From assembly GCA_031425655.1 (NCBI GenBank), contig JANPJS010000181.1:1-26412 (forward strand): 26,412 bases of DNA. The letters are read 5' to 3'. The position numbers and the translations under genes are program-made. This stretch comes from Abditibacteriaceae bacterium. Its GTDB lineage: Bacteria > Armatimonadota > Abditibacteriia > Abditibacteriales > Abditibacteriaceae. Below the pieces are notes generated by a model. It did no database searches. It worked only from the letters and a program-made list of their open reading frames with translations, and was not told the origin of the DNA. The first letter of the stretch is position 1, and the number at the start of each line of letters is the position of its first letter. Shown here piece after piece: positions 1 through 11,968 of this stretch.

Positions 1-2447
<2,447 letters not shown>

Positions 2448-2455
<8 letters not shown>

Positions 2456-4070
2456 CGTCAACTCTCTCCGTGTTCAGCGGGCGGACAACCCTCTCAATAA
2501 AGGCGACCTCTTCTTTGGTGATTTGGTATTTTTCGTATAGGTCTTCGTCCGTCCATATTTTTGTCCAGTTTTGCGTTGGGACGAACGTGTAAACCTTGCG
2601 CGTCGTGTCTTGAGAGGGTTTGTGTAAGAGGATTAGTAAGCGAGTCAAACGGCAGGATAGATAAGACAAAACGCTTTCAGCCTGTATCTTTTTGTCGAAT
2701 GGGCCGATGCAGAGATAAGTCTCAGAGGAAATTGTGTCTGGCTCCCCAAGAAACGGCGTGCTGATGATTCTGTGCGGATAGGTGTCTTTGTTGCCGGTTC
2801 CGGGAGCGGCCCGACCAGTGAACACTTTCCACTTATCTATGTATTCAACGCCAGTGGAAACGGCACTACGAGAGACATATCCCATGCCACCATTTTGGTA
2901 GATCATTAAGTCGCCGTCGCTTCTGGAACTCTTGCCCTTGAAAGTTGTGTCGAGTCCGAACGGTTTTCGAGAACTGACCAGCCGGTCAAATCGCTTGCTT
3001 TCGGGCAGTGAAACCGAGTCAGATTCTCCGCTCTCTACAGCAACTACTTTTTTGAGGATTGAAAGTCCTTCATTAAACCGGATAAACACGTCAGCACCCG
3101 TTTCAAGAATAGAACGAGTGGCGGTTGAGACAGGCCAATCTTTGAAGTGAGTTGATACTTTGCAAAGTCCGGGATTGTCACGCTCCCACAGGAAATAACA
3201 GACACCACCTTTGAGTCCAACGCCCGGAAATACATCTGACGCACTGAGATAATCGTCTATTGAGCGCAATCGGTTATCAGCGAGCATTGACTCACGGAAC
3301 TCATCTAAGCCCTTACCGCCAGCGAACCAACGAGACGGAATAATCAGCGACAAATAGCGTGGCTCCAACTTCTTTGCTTGCTCAACAAACAGATGGTAAA
3401 TCGGAGCGGCACTGGTTCCAAAGCCGCCGTCGTCTAATTGATATGGTGGATTTCCAATGATAACGTCGAATTGCATATTTCCTCCAAAAATCTCGGCTAT
3501 CCGAGTTTTGATGTTATCGGTGTGAATGAGCGCGTAGGCGTGAGTTTCCAGTCCCGCTGCCCGGTCGAAAACGGATTTCGCCGCGCCGCAAAACTTGCAC
3601 TTATCGCCCACCCAAGTGTGTTTGAGGCGCTTAAACCAGATGTTGCCATCGTCGCTGGCGAAATCCTTAACAATCGAGTGTTCGCCTTGCGCGTGCTTGG
3701 AGCAATACAAGCTGCGCCGCGCGAGCAGCGCCGTGATTTGCGTGATGGCGATACCAAACACCTGCTGCGTGAGGATGTGATTCACACGCTTTTCCAAATC
3801 AGGAATCTCGTTTTCCAACCCCTTGGTGAGGCGAGTGGTAATCTCGCGCAGGAAAACGCCGGATTTGGTGCAGGGGTCGAGGAACTTCACCGTTTTGTCC
3901 GCCCAAAGGTTCGCGCCCTTGTTGTTCGCCGCCCACGCCTCGGCCAGCGTGTCGAGCATCCGATTAGCGAACTCCGGCGGTGTAAACACCTCGTCGTTGG
4001 AAAGGTTCGCGATGCACGTCAGCACGTCCGGGTTGCGCCCGCGCAGGGTGAAATTAGCCTGTTCAATCAT
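2448..4070 (-). CDS. Eco57I-family N6-adenine DNA methyltransferase with C-terminal putative target-recognition region
   Basis: 540 aa. Motif X DEVFTP, atypical motif I FLDPCTKSGVFL, catalytic motif IV FDVIIGNPPY, then IIPSRWF and GGVCYFLW. ATGA overlap with the upstream gene at 4067-4070. Confidence 0.9.
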
Positions 4071-4711
4071 TCGGTGGTCTCCGATGCAAGGGCCGCCAGT
4101 TCACGCACCGTCATTGGCGGATAGGTCTTGGTGGGCGTGAATATCTCGTGCTTGCCGAGTTGGGCAAAAAGAGAGTCTTCGGCGCTGAACGTCGAAGACA
4201 TTGTGAGGCTTTCCAAACTGAAGTCGCGGCGTTGAAAGCGACCTTTCCCCAGATAACCCCACTCGGCGAAGGTAATCGGCAAATTGTCCCAAGCGAGCAT
4301 TTTCATGGCATCGCCGTGAATGAGGTTCACCGAAAGCACAAAGACGGCGGCGCGATAAAAATCGTCGGACTCATCAAGGTTTAAATATTCGGCGAAGATT
4401 TCCAGCAGGTTCGCGCGGCAATCAGCGATGTTGTCCGGCAACAGTTCGATGCCATAAATGCACATCAGCGCCAGCAACGCATAGTGCCGTCGCTCGAAAT
4501 CGGACTGACCATATTTGAGTTGCACAGCGGCCAACTTGCGCCGCAGAATTTGCACGAGAAAATTGCCGTTGCCGCAGGCCGGTTCCAGAAAGCGCGAGTC
4601 AATGCGCTCGGTCTCGTCTTTCACAAGGTCGAGCATGGCCTCGACCATCCACGGCGGCGTGAAAACCTCTCCGTGGTCGGCGACTCTTTGTTTGGATTTT
4701 ACGAGGGTCAT
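4067..4711 (-). CDS. Short SAM-dependent DNA methyltransferase-like subunit (motifs X, I, II; no NPPY)
   Basis: 214 aa. KSKQRVADHGEVFTP, FLEPACGNGNFL, IYGIELLPDN, NLIHGD; no (N/D/S)PP(Y/F) catalytic motif in the translation. Confidence 0.85.
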   Translation of the reverse strand: MTLVKSKQRVADHGEVFTPPWMVEAMLDLVKDETERIDSRFLEPACGNGNFLVQILRRKLAAVQLKYGQSDFERRHYALLALMCIYGIELLPDNIADCRANLLEIFAEYLNLDESDDFYRAAVFVLSVNLIHGDAMKMLAWDNLPITFAEWGYLGKGRFQRRDFSLESLTMSSTFSAEDSLFAQLGKHEIFTPTKTYPPMTVRELAALASETTE

Positions 4712-4785
4712 GTATTCCGATGCACTGGATTAGAATCAGTTTAAAAAGTCCAAAATAACTTGAGCAACAGGTCACAATAGAAGAA

Positions 4786-4816
4786 TTGTCATCCTTCGCT
4801 GCGCTCAGGAGGGCAA
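4786..4816. repeat. REP-like imperfect palindrome
   Basis: TTGTCATCCT-TCGCTGCGCTC-AGGAGGGCAA can fold as an imperfect hairpin. The core ATCCTTCGCTGCGCTCAGGA resembles a widespread intergenic repeat family (recalled consensus GTCATCCTGAGCG.AGCGAAGGATC). Single copy in the window. Confidence 0.5.
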
Positions 4817-4940
4817 GGCTCTTTAGCCCAGAATCAAATACTGAGAGTTGAGTGTTTGGCGGAACCGCTCGCAGTATATCAACTGCCGCCGGGCGTTCCG
4901 CGCGGCTTTTGGCTTCTGTCTGCGTGACGCCGATGGGCGC

Positions 4941-6563
4941 TCAGCGAAAAATCGCATACAGCGTGGCCATCACGCAAAACAGGCCCGCTGCCAGTGCGCG
5001 CGGGTCGTTCCAGCCGCTCAGCTTGCCGTGAAAAATCACTTGCAGCGGGTTTTTCCACGTCAGGCCCTCCACCTGTTCGGGCGCGGGTGGCGGGGTCAGC
5101 AGGCTGACAATCACATAGAGCAGGCTGCACAGGCAAAAGCCCCACCACGCCTGCATCATAAACGAAATGCCGAGTCCTTTTTTGGGGTCGGTTATCCACT
5201 GCGTGTCGCCGAAGGCAGGCAAATCCAGTAAAAACGCCACAAAGCCCAGCGTGAATCCCAACAGCAGCGTGGAGATGGCGGCTTGTTTGGTGCCGCGCCG
5301 CCAGAAGACGCCCCACACGAACACCGTGGTGATGGGCGGGGCCAAAAACTGCGCCGGCATTTTGTTGATGGCTTCGAAAATCGAGCCAAAACGCCCGCCC
5401 TGCGTGCTCCACGCCATGGCGATGATCATCACCACTATCGAGCTAATGGCGCCGATTCGCACCTGCGCCTCGTCCGAAGTGTTCGGGCGAAAATGCTTGA
5501 CGATGTCCACCGCCACCAGCGTTCCGACGCTGTTGAGCGCGGCGGCAATGGTGCTCATCAGCGCGGCCAACATCCCGGCGGCTACCAGCCCTTTCAGGCC
5601 CACCGGCACCAGTTTGTTGATCATCACCGGGAAAGTTTGGCTGGCGTCCTCGCCGATGATGTCACGAAATAGCACATAGCCGATGACGCCGGGCAGCACC
5701 ATCAGAAAAACCGGCAGGATTTTCAGCGCGCCGGCGAAAAGCGCGCCTTTCTGGCCGTGTTCCTGCGATTGCGCGCCCAAAACACGCTGCACGATGGTCT
5801 GGTCGGTGCACCAATACCACACGCCCAGCACCGGAAAGCCCAGCAAAATCGCATACCAAGCGAAGCCGTCCTCGTTGGAAGTTTTGAGCATGCTCATCTG
5901 ATCGGGTTTAAGCGCCGCCTGAAACTCCGCCAGCGAATGGACGCCCGCGCCGGGCAGCGCGGCGATGGCCAAAAACGTCACCGCCACCGCGCCGATCAGC
6001 AAAACCACCGTCTGAATCGTTTCGGTGACCACCACCGCGCGCAAGCCGCCCACCACCGTATAAATGGCGGTAATCAGCGAAATCAGCACAATCGAAGTCA
6101 GGACGTTGACCCCGAAAAACTCGCGAAACACCACCGCCCCGGCGTAGAGGCTGATGCCGATGTGAATCAAAAGCGCCGCCAAAATCGCCATGAACGCCAT
6201 GATGGTGCGCGCCGTGGGCGAATAGCGTTTTTCGAGGAACTCAGGCAGCGTGGAGATGTGCGCTTTGAAATAAAACGGCGTGAACACCAGCGCCAGCAAG
6301 ATCAAAGTCAGCGAAGCCATCCACTCGAAGTTGCCGATGACTAAGCCGTGTTTGTAGCCGCCTTCGGCCAGCCCCACGAGGTGAATCGTCGAGATGTTGG
6401 AGGCGAACAGCGCCGCGCCAACCACCGGCCAGCGCAAGCTGCGCCCGGCCAAAAAATACAATTCGCCGGTGAGCTTTTGCTTGCGAACCGAAAAAAGGCC
6501 TGCGGCGGTAATGCCAACCAGGTAGAGGACGATTACAGCCAGATCAATGGGTGAAATGTTCAT
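4941..6563 (-). CDS. Sodium:solute symporter (SSS/SLC5, SGLT-like sugar transporter)
   Basis: 540 aa, many hydrophobic segments. YFLAGRSL, LFASNIS, TLPEFLEKRY, YTVVGGLRAVVVTETIQ, WYWCTDQTIVQRVLGA, LAALMST. AGGA ribosome-binding site upstream of the ATG. Confidence 0.95.
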   Translation of the reverse strand: MNISPIDLAVIVLYLVGITAAGLFSVRKQKLTGELYFLAGRSLRWPVVGAALFASNISTIHLVGLAEGGYKHGLVIGNFEWMASLTLILLALVFTPFYFKAHISTLPEFLEKRYSPTARTIMAFMAILAALLIHIGISLYAGAVVFREFFGVNVLTSIVLISLITAIYTVVGGLRAVVVTETIQTVVLLIGAVAVTFLAIAALPGAGVHSLAEFQAALKPDQMSMLKTSNEDGFAWYAILLGFPVLGVWYWCTDQTIVQRVLGAQSQEHGQKGALFAGALKILPVFLMVLPGVIGYVLFRDIIGEDASQTFPVMINKLVPVGLKGLVAAGMLAALMSTIAAALNSVGTLVAVDIVKHFRPNTSDEAQVRIGAISSIVVMIIAMAWSTQGGRFGSIFEAINKMPAQFLAPPITTVFVWGVFWRRGTKQAAISTLLLGFTLGFVAFLLDLPAFGDTQWITDPKKGLGISFMMQAWWGFCLCSLLYVIVSLLTPPPAPEQVEGLTWKNPLQVIFHGKLSGWNDPRALAAGLFCVMATLYAIFR

Positions 6564-6600
6564 GGTGGTTCCTAACAGGACTATTCGACCGCAATCAGCG

Positions 6601-8121
6601 TTAATTGCGGCTGCGCCCGGCTGCTTTGCTGCTGTCTAACAAAGCCTTCAGCTCGCGCACGACTTCCGGGTGTTTGAAATAAAGGTTCGTCGTTTCGCCG
6701 GGATCGCTTGCGAGATTGTAAAGCTGGCCCGGCGCGTCGGGCGCGGAGTCGGGCAAGGCAAAGGGCTTCATCTGGCCTTTGTCGTAGTTGTTGCCGCCAG
6801 AGCCGCGATGGTCGAGGTATTTCCACGGCCCTTTGCGGATGGCAAGCGCGAGGCTGCCGGTCTGGTGCAAGGTGTAGGGCCGGGCCTCTGCGCCGCCCGG
6901 TTTTCCAAGCAGCGCGGGCAGGAAATTGAAGCTGTCCTGCGCGGCGTTTTCCGGCAGTTTGGCGCCGGTTATCGCCGCGCAGGTCGCCATGACATCGGTC
7001 AGGCAAACCGTTTGGTCGCTGATGCTGCCGGGCGCGATTTTGCCCGGCCAGCGCACGATAAATGGCACGCGATGGCCGCCTTCCCACTGGTCGCGTTTCA
7101 CGCCGCGCCACGGACGCGCGCCATCGTGGGCGTGGTCGGCGCGCATATGCACCACGCTCTCGACCTCCGGGCCGTTGTCGCTGGAAAACATTATCACCGT
7201 GTTCTCCGCCAGACCAAGGCGCTCCAAGGTTTTCATCAAGTCGCCGACGATGAAATCCAGTTCCCCAATAAAATCGCCGTGCGGCCCCGCCTTGGTGGCG
7301 CCCTGAAACTGCTTGGACGCAAACGACGGCAGATGCACGGCGTTCATCGAGTGATAGAGAAAAAACGGCTGTTTTGGCTGGGTTTTGGCGTGCCTTTCCA
7401 GAAACGCGCGGCTTTTTTGGAGGAAGACCTGATCCAAGTCTTCGAGGTCGTAACCCGGCGCGATCATCCCGGCGCGGTTGTCGTTCGCATACGGATGTTT
7501 GGGCAGCTTGGATTTGTCGAGCAGCGCGGTGGCTGGCACAGGAATGCGGTCGCCTTCGATGTAGGCATAGAGATAATCGGTGGCCGGACAGCAGGCGGTG
7601 CCAAAAAACTGGTCGAAGCCGCGATGAATCGGCGCGTCGGGAATAGCGCGCGTGTAATCAATCGTTTTCACGCCTTCGACGCCGCCTTTGGTGATGCGCT
7701 GTCCGTCTTTGTCGAAAAAGCTCAGGCCAACGTGCCATTTGCCGGTCATCGCCGTGGCGTAGCCTTGTTCTCGGAGCATTTGCGGCAGCGACAGTTGGTC
7801 TTCTTTGATCAGGCACGGCCCGCCCACGCCCTCGAAAACGCTGCGAAAGGGAATGCGAAACGCCATGCGCCCGGTCAGCAGACTATAGCGGCTGGGCGTG
7901 CAAACCGTGGACGGCGCGTGCGCATCGGTGAAGCGCATCCCCTCGCGCGCCAGCCTGTCGAGGTTCGGCGTGGCGACTTTCGCCTCTGGGTTGTAGCAGC
8001 CGACATCGCCATAACCGAGATCGTCGGCAAGGATGAAAACGATGTTCGGCTTGGCTGGCAATTCGGCGGCATGAAGCGTGGCCAGCGGCAGCACGCCGAG
8101 CAGCGCGCAAATCTGTTTCAT
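6601..8121 (-). CDS. Secreted arylsulfatase-like S1 sulfatase
   Basis: 506 aa. Signal peptide, PNIVFILADDLGYGD, Cys-type signature CTPSRYSLLTGR, GKWHVG, SSDNG, EGGHRVPFIVRWPG. AAGGA RBS. Confidence 0.95.
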   Translation of the reverse strand: MKQICALLGVLPLATLHAAELPAKPNIVFILADDLGYGDVGCYNPEAKVATPNLDRLAREGMRFTDAHAPSTVCTPSRYSLLTGRMAFRIPFRSVFEGVGGPCLIKEDQLSLPQMLREQGYATAMTGKWHVGLSFFDKDGQRITKGGVEGVKTIDYTRAIPDAPIHRGFDQFFGTACCPATDYLYAYIEGDRIPVPATALLDKSKLPKHPYANDNRAGMIAPGYDLEDLDQVFLQKSRAFLERHAKTQPKQPFFLYHSMNAVHLPSFASKQFQGATKAGPHGDFIGELDFIVGDLMKTLERLGLAENTVIMFSSDNGPEVESVVHMRADHAHDGARPWRGVKRDQWEGGHRVPFIVRWPGKIAPGSISDQTVCLTDVMATCAAITGAKLPENAAQDSFNFLPALLGKPGGAEARPYTLHQTGSLALAIRKGPWKYLDHRGSGGNNYDKGQMKPFALPDSAPDAPGQLYNLASDPGETTNLYFKHPEVVRELKALLDSSKAAGRSRN

Positions 8122-8150
8122 GGGGCTTCCTTCGGTTTCGATTGCTGGTG

Positions 8151-10766
8151 CTACTTCAATTTACCGCGCCCGGCTGAAAGAATGCGTTTTCCATCGGGCA
8201 AAGTCAGTTGCGCCGGAGCATTGGCGGTAAAGGTCACGGCGTTGCCTTTGATTTCAGCGGATGCCGCTGTGACGGCACCGTTTAGAGGCGCCATCTCCAA
8301 ACCTTTGAAAGCCAAACGGCTGCCTTCGCCGAGATAAAGCGCCGTGCATTCGTCGCGCTCGTTGAGACTAATGACCGCATAGCGTCCGCGCAGCGCAATT
8401 CCCAACTTCGGGTCTTCGAAAACACTCGTGGCCGAAGGCAAAACCAAAATATATTGCGTCGAAACGCGGCCTTGGATTTGACTGGTAACTTGAAAACCAG
8501 CGAAGTTCGCAGGCCCGCCCAAAGCCTTGACGGACTGGACACTTCCCAACTTTTCGGAGCCGAAAAATGGTTCATATATCACCGCAAACGGATGGTTCCA
8601 CGCTTCACCACGCTGGCGGATGATCAACACGGGCGTGGGTAATTTTTCGTAGGGTTGGGGCGCTTCTTTGGTCGCCGGAGCCAGCGCCTGCGCGTATTCG
8701 CGGCCTGCGCTTCCCAGAACGAAAAGGCGCATACGGGCCGGCGTTGGCTTTAGTTGGTCGCCTGTAAAATCTACTGTCACATCCTGCGCAAACGGCAGTG
8801 ACACCTGCGGATTTTTAAAAACGTGCCAGCCGGGAAACAGGTAGCTTTGGTTTTGTTTCCACTGGGCACCCGGCACGGGCATAAATCTTTCCGGCGAATC
8901 GGCCAGAGGCAAAAGGCCACCTGTCGAAGTCATGGTCAACTTGTCGCCGAGGTTATGATACAAATAATCGTGAAACTGTTCTGGACTCTCGGACTGGGAG
9001 CGAAACACATCAACGTAGTAGCCGCTGCGCTCGGATGTGCGCACAATGCCGACAAGGCGCTCTTGCTTGGCCTTGGCGTCTTTGCCCTTGACGCCATTGC
9101 CTTGATTATCATTGAACGTCGTCACCGAAAACGAATGGCTGCGTGATACCGGTTCTTCACCAACTGCCGGTTCGAGCGAGATTTTACGCACCGTTTCAAT
9201 GCCGAGATTCACCCATCCTCCCGCGCTGCGTGAGGCCCCGTTGACAATTACGCTGTTGTGAGCCGCGAACAAACGCCGATAATTTTCGTGTTCATCGCTG
9301 GTATAAGTGCCTTTGCCGGCGTTGGCTCCCAGCACTTCGCCGGCGCCGTAAAGTTCCAAAGCCATCCCGGAGGCGTGCCCATGAACGTGGTGCCCGCCGC
9401 TCACGACTGCCATTAACGCGTGCGCGGAGTTTTTATCGGGCGAGAAATTACGCTGAAGCAGCGCGCCCACAAAGGGAAGCTCGTCGGTGGTTCTTACTGC
9501 GGGCGCGGTCATTTTGCCGGAAATCTCCGGCGCGAACCACAAAAGTTGCAAGGGCGACAAATAAACGTTGGCGCTAAAGTTATGGCCCTGCGGCGCAGCG
9601 CGGTTGTATTCGCGTTGTTCGATACCCAGGTTAATCAAGGCACCGAAGGTTTGCTGCATCGCGCCGTCGCCTTCGCGTTGGCCAAGGGCGTAAGCGATTT
9701 CAAACGAATCGTAAGGCGCACCGCTCTTGCGTGGACCATCGCCAAAGCGAATATTTTCGCCGTTAGGGAAACGAAAGGCGCGCAAGCGAGCCAGCGACAG
9801 AGGAACGTTGGCGTAAGCAGCGAGGAACTTTTGCGACAGGCTTTGGCGTTGCATCAAAGCCACTAAATAAGTGGCCAAAGAGGAAACGCCGTAGGAATAC
9901 TGAAGCGATTCAGGCCAAACAGCTCCGGCTTGCGCGTAGGCACCGATGACCTTTTTCAGCGAATCCTGACGAGGCGTATCCTTGAAAAGAACATATTCCA
10001 GCAGTTGCGCGCGTTCTTTTGCATCGTCGAGCGCCAGCACGTTATGAGCGAGACACGGCATCTCCAACACCGGGTGGTTATTATTGACAAGCCCGTGTTC
10101 GATAACAAGCCGCGCATAGGTGCGAAAAACACGCTGGGCGTGTTCAAAATTTAACGGCTTCTGACGTTTGTCCGCGATGTCGTAAACCGTCGCGCCATTT
10201 TTTAGGTAACTGAAAACAAAATCGTAGATTAGCGGAAGCTGGGCGCCGAAAATGCGCGTTTCCAAGATCAAATCGTCAGGGTAAATCCATCCGCCCACGA
10301 TGGGCGATTCACCCGTTTTCATCTGCACCATCGCTTCGACAAAAGCATTTAAAATGTCTGCGGCGCACTCCGCGTAGCCCTTATCTTGCGTAATGAAATA
10401 AAGCACACCGCAGTCCACGCCGATTTGTAAATAAAGCTGAATTTTGCCACGCGCGGCGCCGGTTTCTTTGCCCGCAGCGCCCAAAAAGGGGAATTTCGGA
10501 TGCCGTTGCGGATTGGCCGCATCCACCAGTAAAGGCAGGCCGCGCAAAAACGCGTCACGGTCGTTTTTATGCTGCTGCACCGCGTCTTTGACGCGCTCTT
10601 GCATCGCCTCGAATGAGGCTTTGGCCCACGGTTGGGCCGCTATTTTCTCCAGAAGAGGCACGCGATCCGCCGCCGTCACCCAGATCATGGGCCGTTTTAT
10701 TGGCTCGGCAAAAGCTGCCGGACAGACGGCGATCAGCAAAAACACCGCAACGATAAGTCGTCTCAT
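8151..10766 (-). CDS. Secreted heparinase II/III-like polysaccharide lyase
   Basis: 871 aa from ATG 10766 (signal peptide MRRLIVAVFLLIAVCPAAFA). WPESLQYS, RFGDG, HVHGHASGMALELYGAG, FAAHNSVIVNG, YYVDVFRS, HDYLYHN. Confidence 0.8.
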   Translation of the reverse strand: MRRLIVAVFLLIAVCPAAFAEPIKRPMIWVTAADRVPLLEKIAAQPWAKASFEAMQERVKDAVQQHKNDRDAFLRGLPLLVDAANPQRHPKFPFLGAAGKETGAARGKIQLYLQIGVDCGVLYFITQDKGYAECAADILNAFVEAMVQMKTGESPIVGGWIYPDDLILETRIFGAQLPLIYDFVFSYLKNGATVYDIADKRQKPLNFEHAQRVFRTYARLVIEHGLVNNNHPVLEMPCLAHNVLALDDAKERAQLLEYVLFKDTPRQDSLKKVIGAYAQAGAVWPESLQYSYGVSSLATYLVALMQRQSLSQKFLAAYANVPLSLARLRAFRFPNGENIRFGDGPRKSGAPYDSFEIAYALGQREGDGAMQQTFGALINLGIEQREYNRAAPQGHNFSANVYLSPLQLLWFAPEISGKMTAPAVRTTDELPFVGALLQRNFSPDKNSAHALMAVVSGGHHVHGHASGMALELYGAGEVLGANAGKGTYTSDEHENYRRLFAAHNSVIVNGASRSAGGWVNLGIETVRKISLEPAVGEEPVSRSHSFSVTTFNDNQGNGVKGKDAKAKQERLVGIVRTSERSGYYVDVFRSQSESPEQFHDYLYHNLGDKLTMTSTGGLLPLADSPERFMPVPGAQWKQNQSYLFPGWHVFKNPQVSLPFAQDVTVDFTGDQLKPTPARMRLFVLGSAGREYAQALAPATKEAPQPYEKLPTPVLIIRQRGEAWNHPFAVIYEPFFGSEKLGSVQSVKALGGPANFAGFQVTSQIQGRVSTQYILVLPSATSVFEDPKLGIALRGRYAVISLNERDECTALYLGEGSRLAFKGLEMAPLNGAVTAASAEIKGNAVTFTANAPAQLTLPDGKRILSAGRGKLK

Positions 10767-10773
10767 AATTTTT

Positions 10774-11775
10774 TTACCACGCCGAGGATTCACGCAGCAC
10801 TAACTCAGCAGCCAAAGTTGCGCTTTGCAACGGCGCATCAGGGTTATCGAGGCGATGCAGCAAGAACTGCCATGCCAGACGCGCCGCTTCTTCCACGGGA
10901 TATTTGATGGTGCTGAGTGCCGGATGATGATACAACGTTTCTTCGATGCCATCGCAGCCGATGATTTTCACGTCTTCCGGCACTCGCAATTTCAAGTCGC
11001 GCAGGGCAGCTAACGCAGCCACCGATCTTTCGTCGTTGAAACAGAAAAATGCGTCGGGGCACCCATTTTTCTGCACATAATCGCGCACGATTTGGCGCGT
11101 GCCCGCACGATCCCTGTCCGCAGAGATGATTACCTCCTCCGGCAGGCCCGCTTCCAACATCGCGGCGCGATAGGCCGGATAACGCGGGTCAAACCCGGCT
11201 GCGACCTTTTCTTCGGCTCGCAGCGACAAGTAAGCCACACGACCTTTGCGCGCCGTCAATTGGCGCATGGCGGCTTGCATTGCTGCGCCCAAATCAACTT
11301 TGACGCAATCGAATTCCGTAAACGGGTTAATTCCAACCGATACAATGGGCACACCGCGCTGTTTCAGAGAAACCAGCGCTCTCTCGGACAATTTGCCTTC
11401 AAAAATCAGGACGGCATCCACAGGCCATCCGCCATCCGTAATATCCCATTTTTTCTCGTCCCAGTGACTGGGCTTTACGATATGCAACTGATACGGAGTC
11501 GGCGCGCTTTGGCGGTCAAATTCAGCCAGCGCTCGCCCGTAAACTGCCGGGTAAAATCCATGAACACAAAGCTCTACGAGGTAACTGCGCTGCCCCTTGA
11601 GCGACTGCGCTGCCCGATTGCGCCGATAACCCATTTCTTGCGCCGCCGCCAAAACGCGCTCACGAGTGGCTGTGCTGATTAATTCACTTTCGCGTTCGTT
11701 CAGCACGTAAGACACTGTGGCGCGCGAGATGCCCAACTGCTGCGCTATGTCGGCCATCGAAACTTTTTGAGCCAT
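10774..11775 (-). CDS. LacI-family transcriptional regulator
   Basis: 333 aa from ATG 11775. HTH VSMADIAQQLGISRATVSYVLN, hinge MGYRRNRAAQSL, C-terminal PDAFFCFND, VPEDVKIIGCDGI, LVLRESS. Confidence 0.95.
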   Translation of the reverse strand: MAQKVSMADIAQQLGISRATVSYVLNERESELISTATRERVLAAAQEMGYRRNRAAQSLKGQRSYLVELCVHGFYPAVYGRALAEFDRQSAPTPYQLHIVKPSHWDEKKWDITDGGWPVDAVLIFEGKLSERALVSLKQRGVPIVSVGINPFTEFDCVKVDLGAAMQAAMRQLTARKGRVAYLSLRAEEKVAAGFDPRYPAYRAAMLEAGLPEEVIISADRDRAGTRQIVRDYVQKNGCPDAFFCFNDERSVAALAALRDLKLRVPEDVKIIGCDGIEETLYHHPALSTIKYPVEEAARLAWQFLLHRLDNPDAPLQSATLAAELVLRESSAW

Positions 11776-11898
11776 ACTTTTTCTGCCAGTCAAAGATTTA
11801 CCCCGTCAGCAACCCGCCGCAAACCTATTTTTCATGCGCAGTTTATTGCTTTCTAAAAATTTTCTTTTAAAGATGTTTAAGGAGCGCTTTTTACTGGG

Positions 11899-11904
11899 TA
11901 TAAT
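11899..11904 (+). promoter_or_regulatory. Putative sigma70 -10 box of the prepilin-like gene
   Basis: Perfect TATAAT in an AT-rich divergent intergenic region, about 65 nt before ATG 11969. The -35 position is weak (TTTAAG). RBS AGGGAG at 11953-11958. Confidence 0.55.
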
Positions 11905-11918
11905 GCTAACCAGAATTC

Positions 11919-11948
11919 ACTTACTCAAGTAATGCACGTTGAGTAAGT
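11919..11948. promoter_or_regulatory. Putative LacI-type operator / inverted repeat
   Basis: Perfect 10-bp inverted repeat ACTTACTCAA-N10-TTGAGTAAGT, containing the near-palindrome TTACTCAAGTAA (11921-11932). Lies just downstream of TATAAT and next to a LacI gene. Confidence 0.65.
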
Positions 11949-11968
11949 ATTTAGGGAGACTACGAAAA

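Noticed and set aside
4871..4886. Small palindrome GCAGT-ATATCA-ACTGC
   Set aside because: Only 5-bp arms, single occurrence and no match to a regulator box I recognise.
6670..8337. 555-aa plus-strand ORF, and similar long ORFs at 14225-15856, 17252-18955 and 22072-23442
   Set aside because: Antisense shadows of well-supported high-GC genes; no recognisable motifs.
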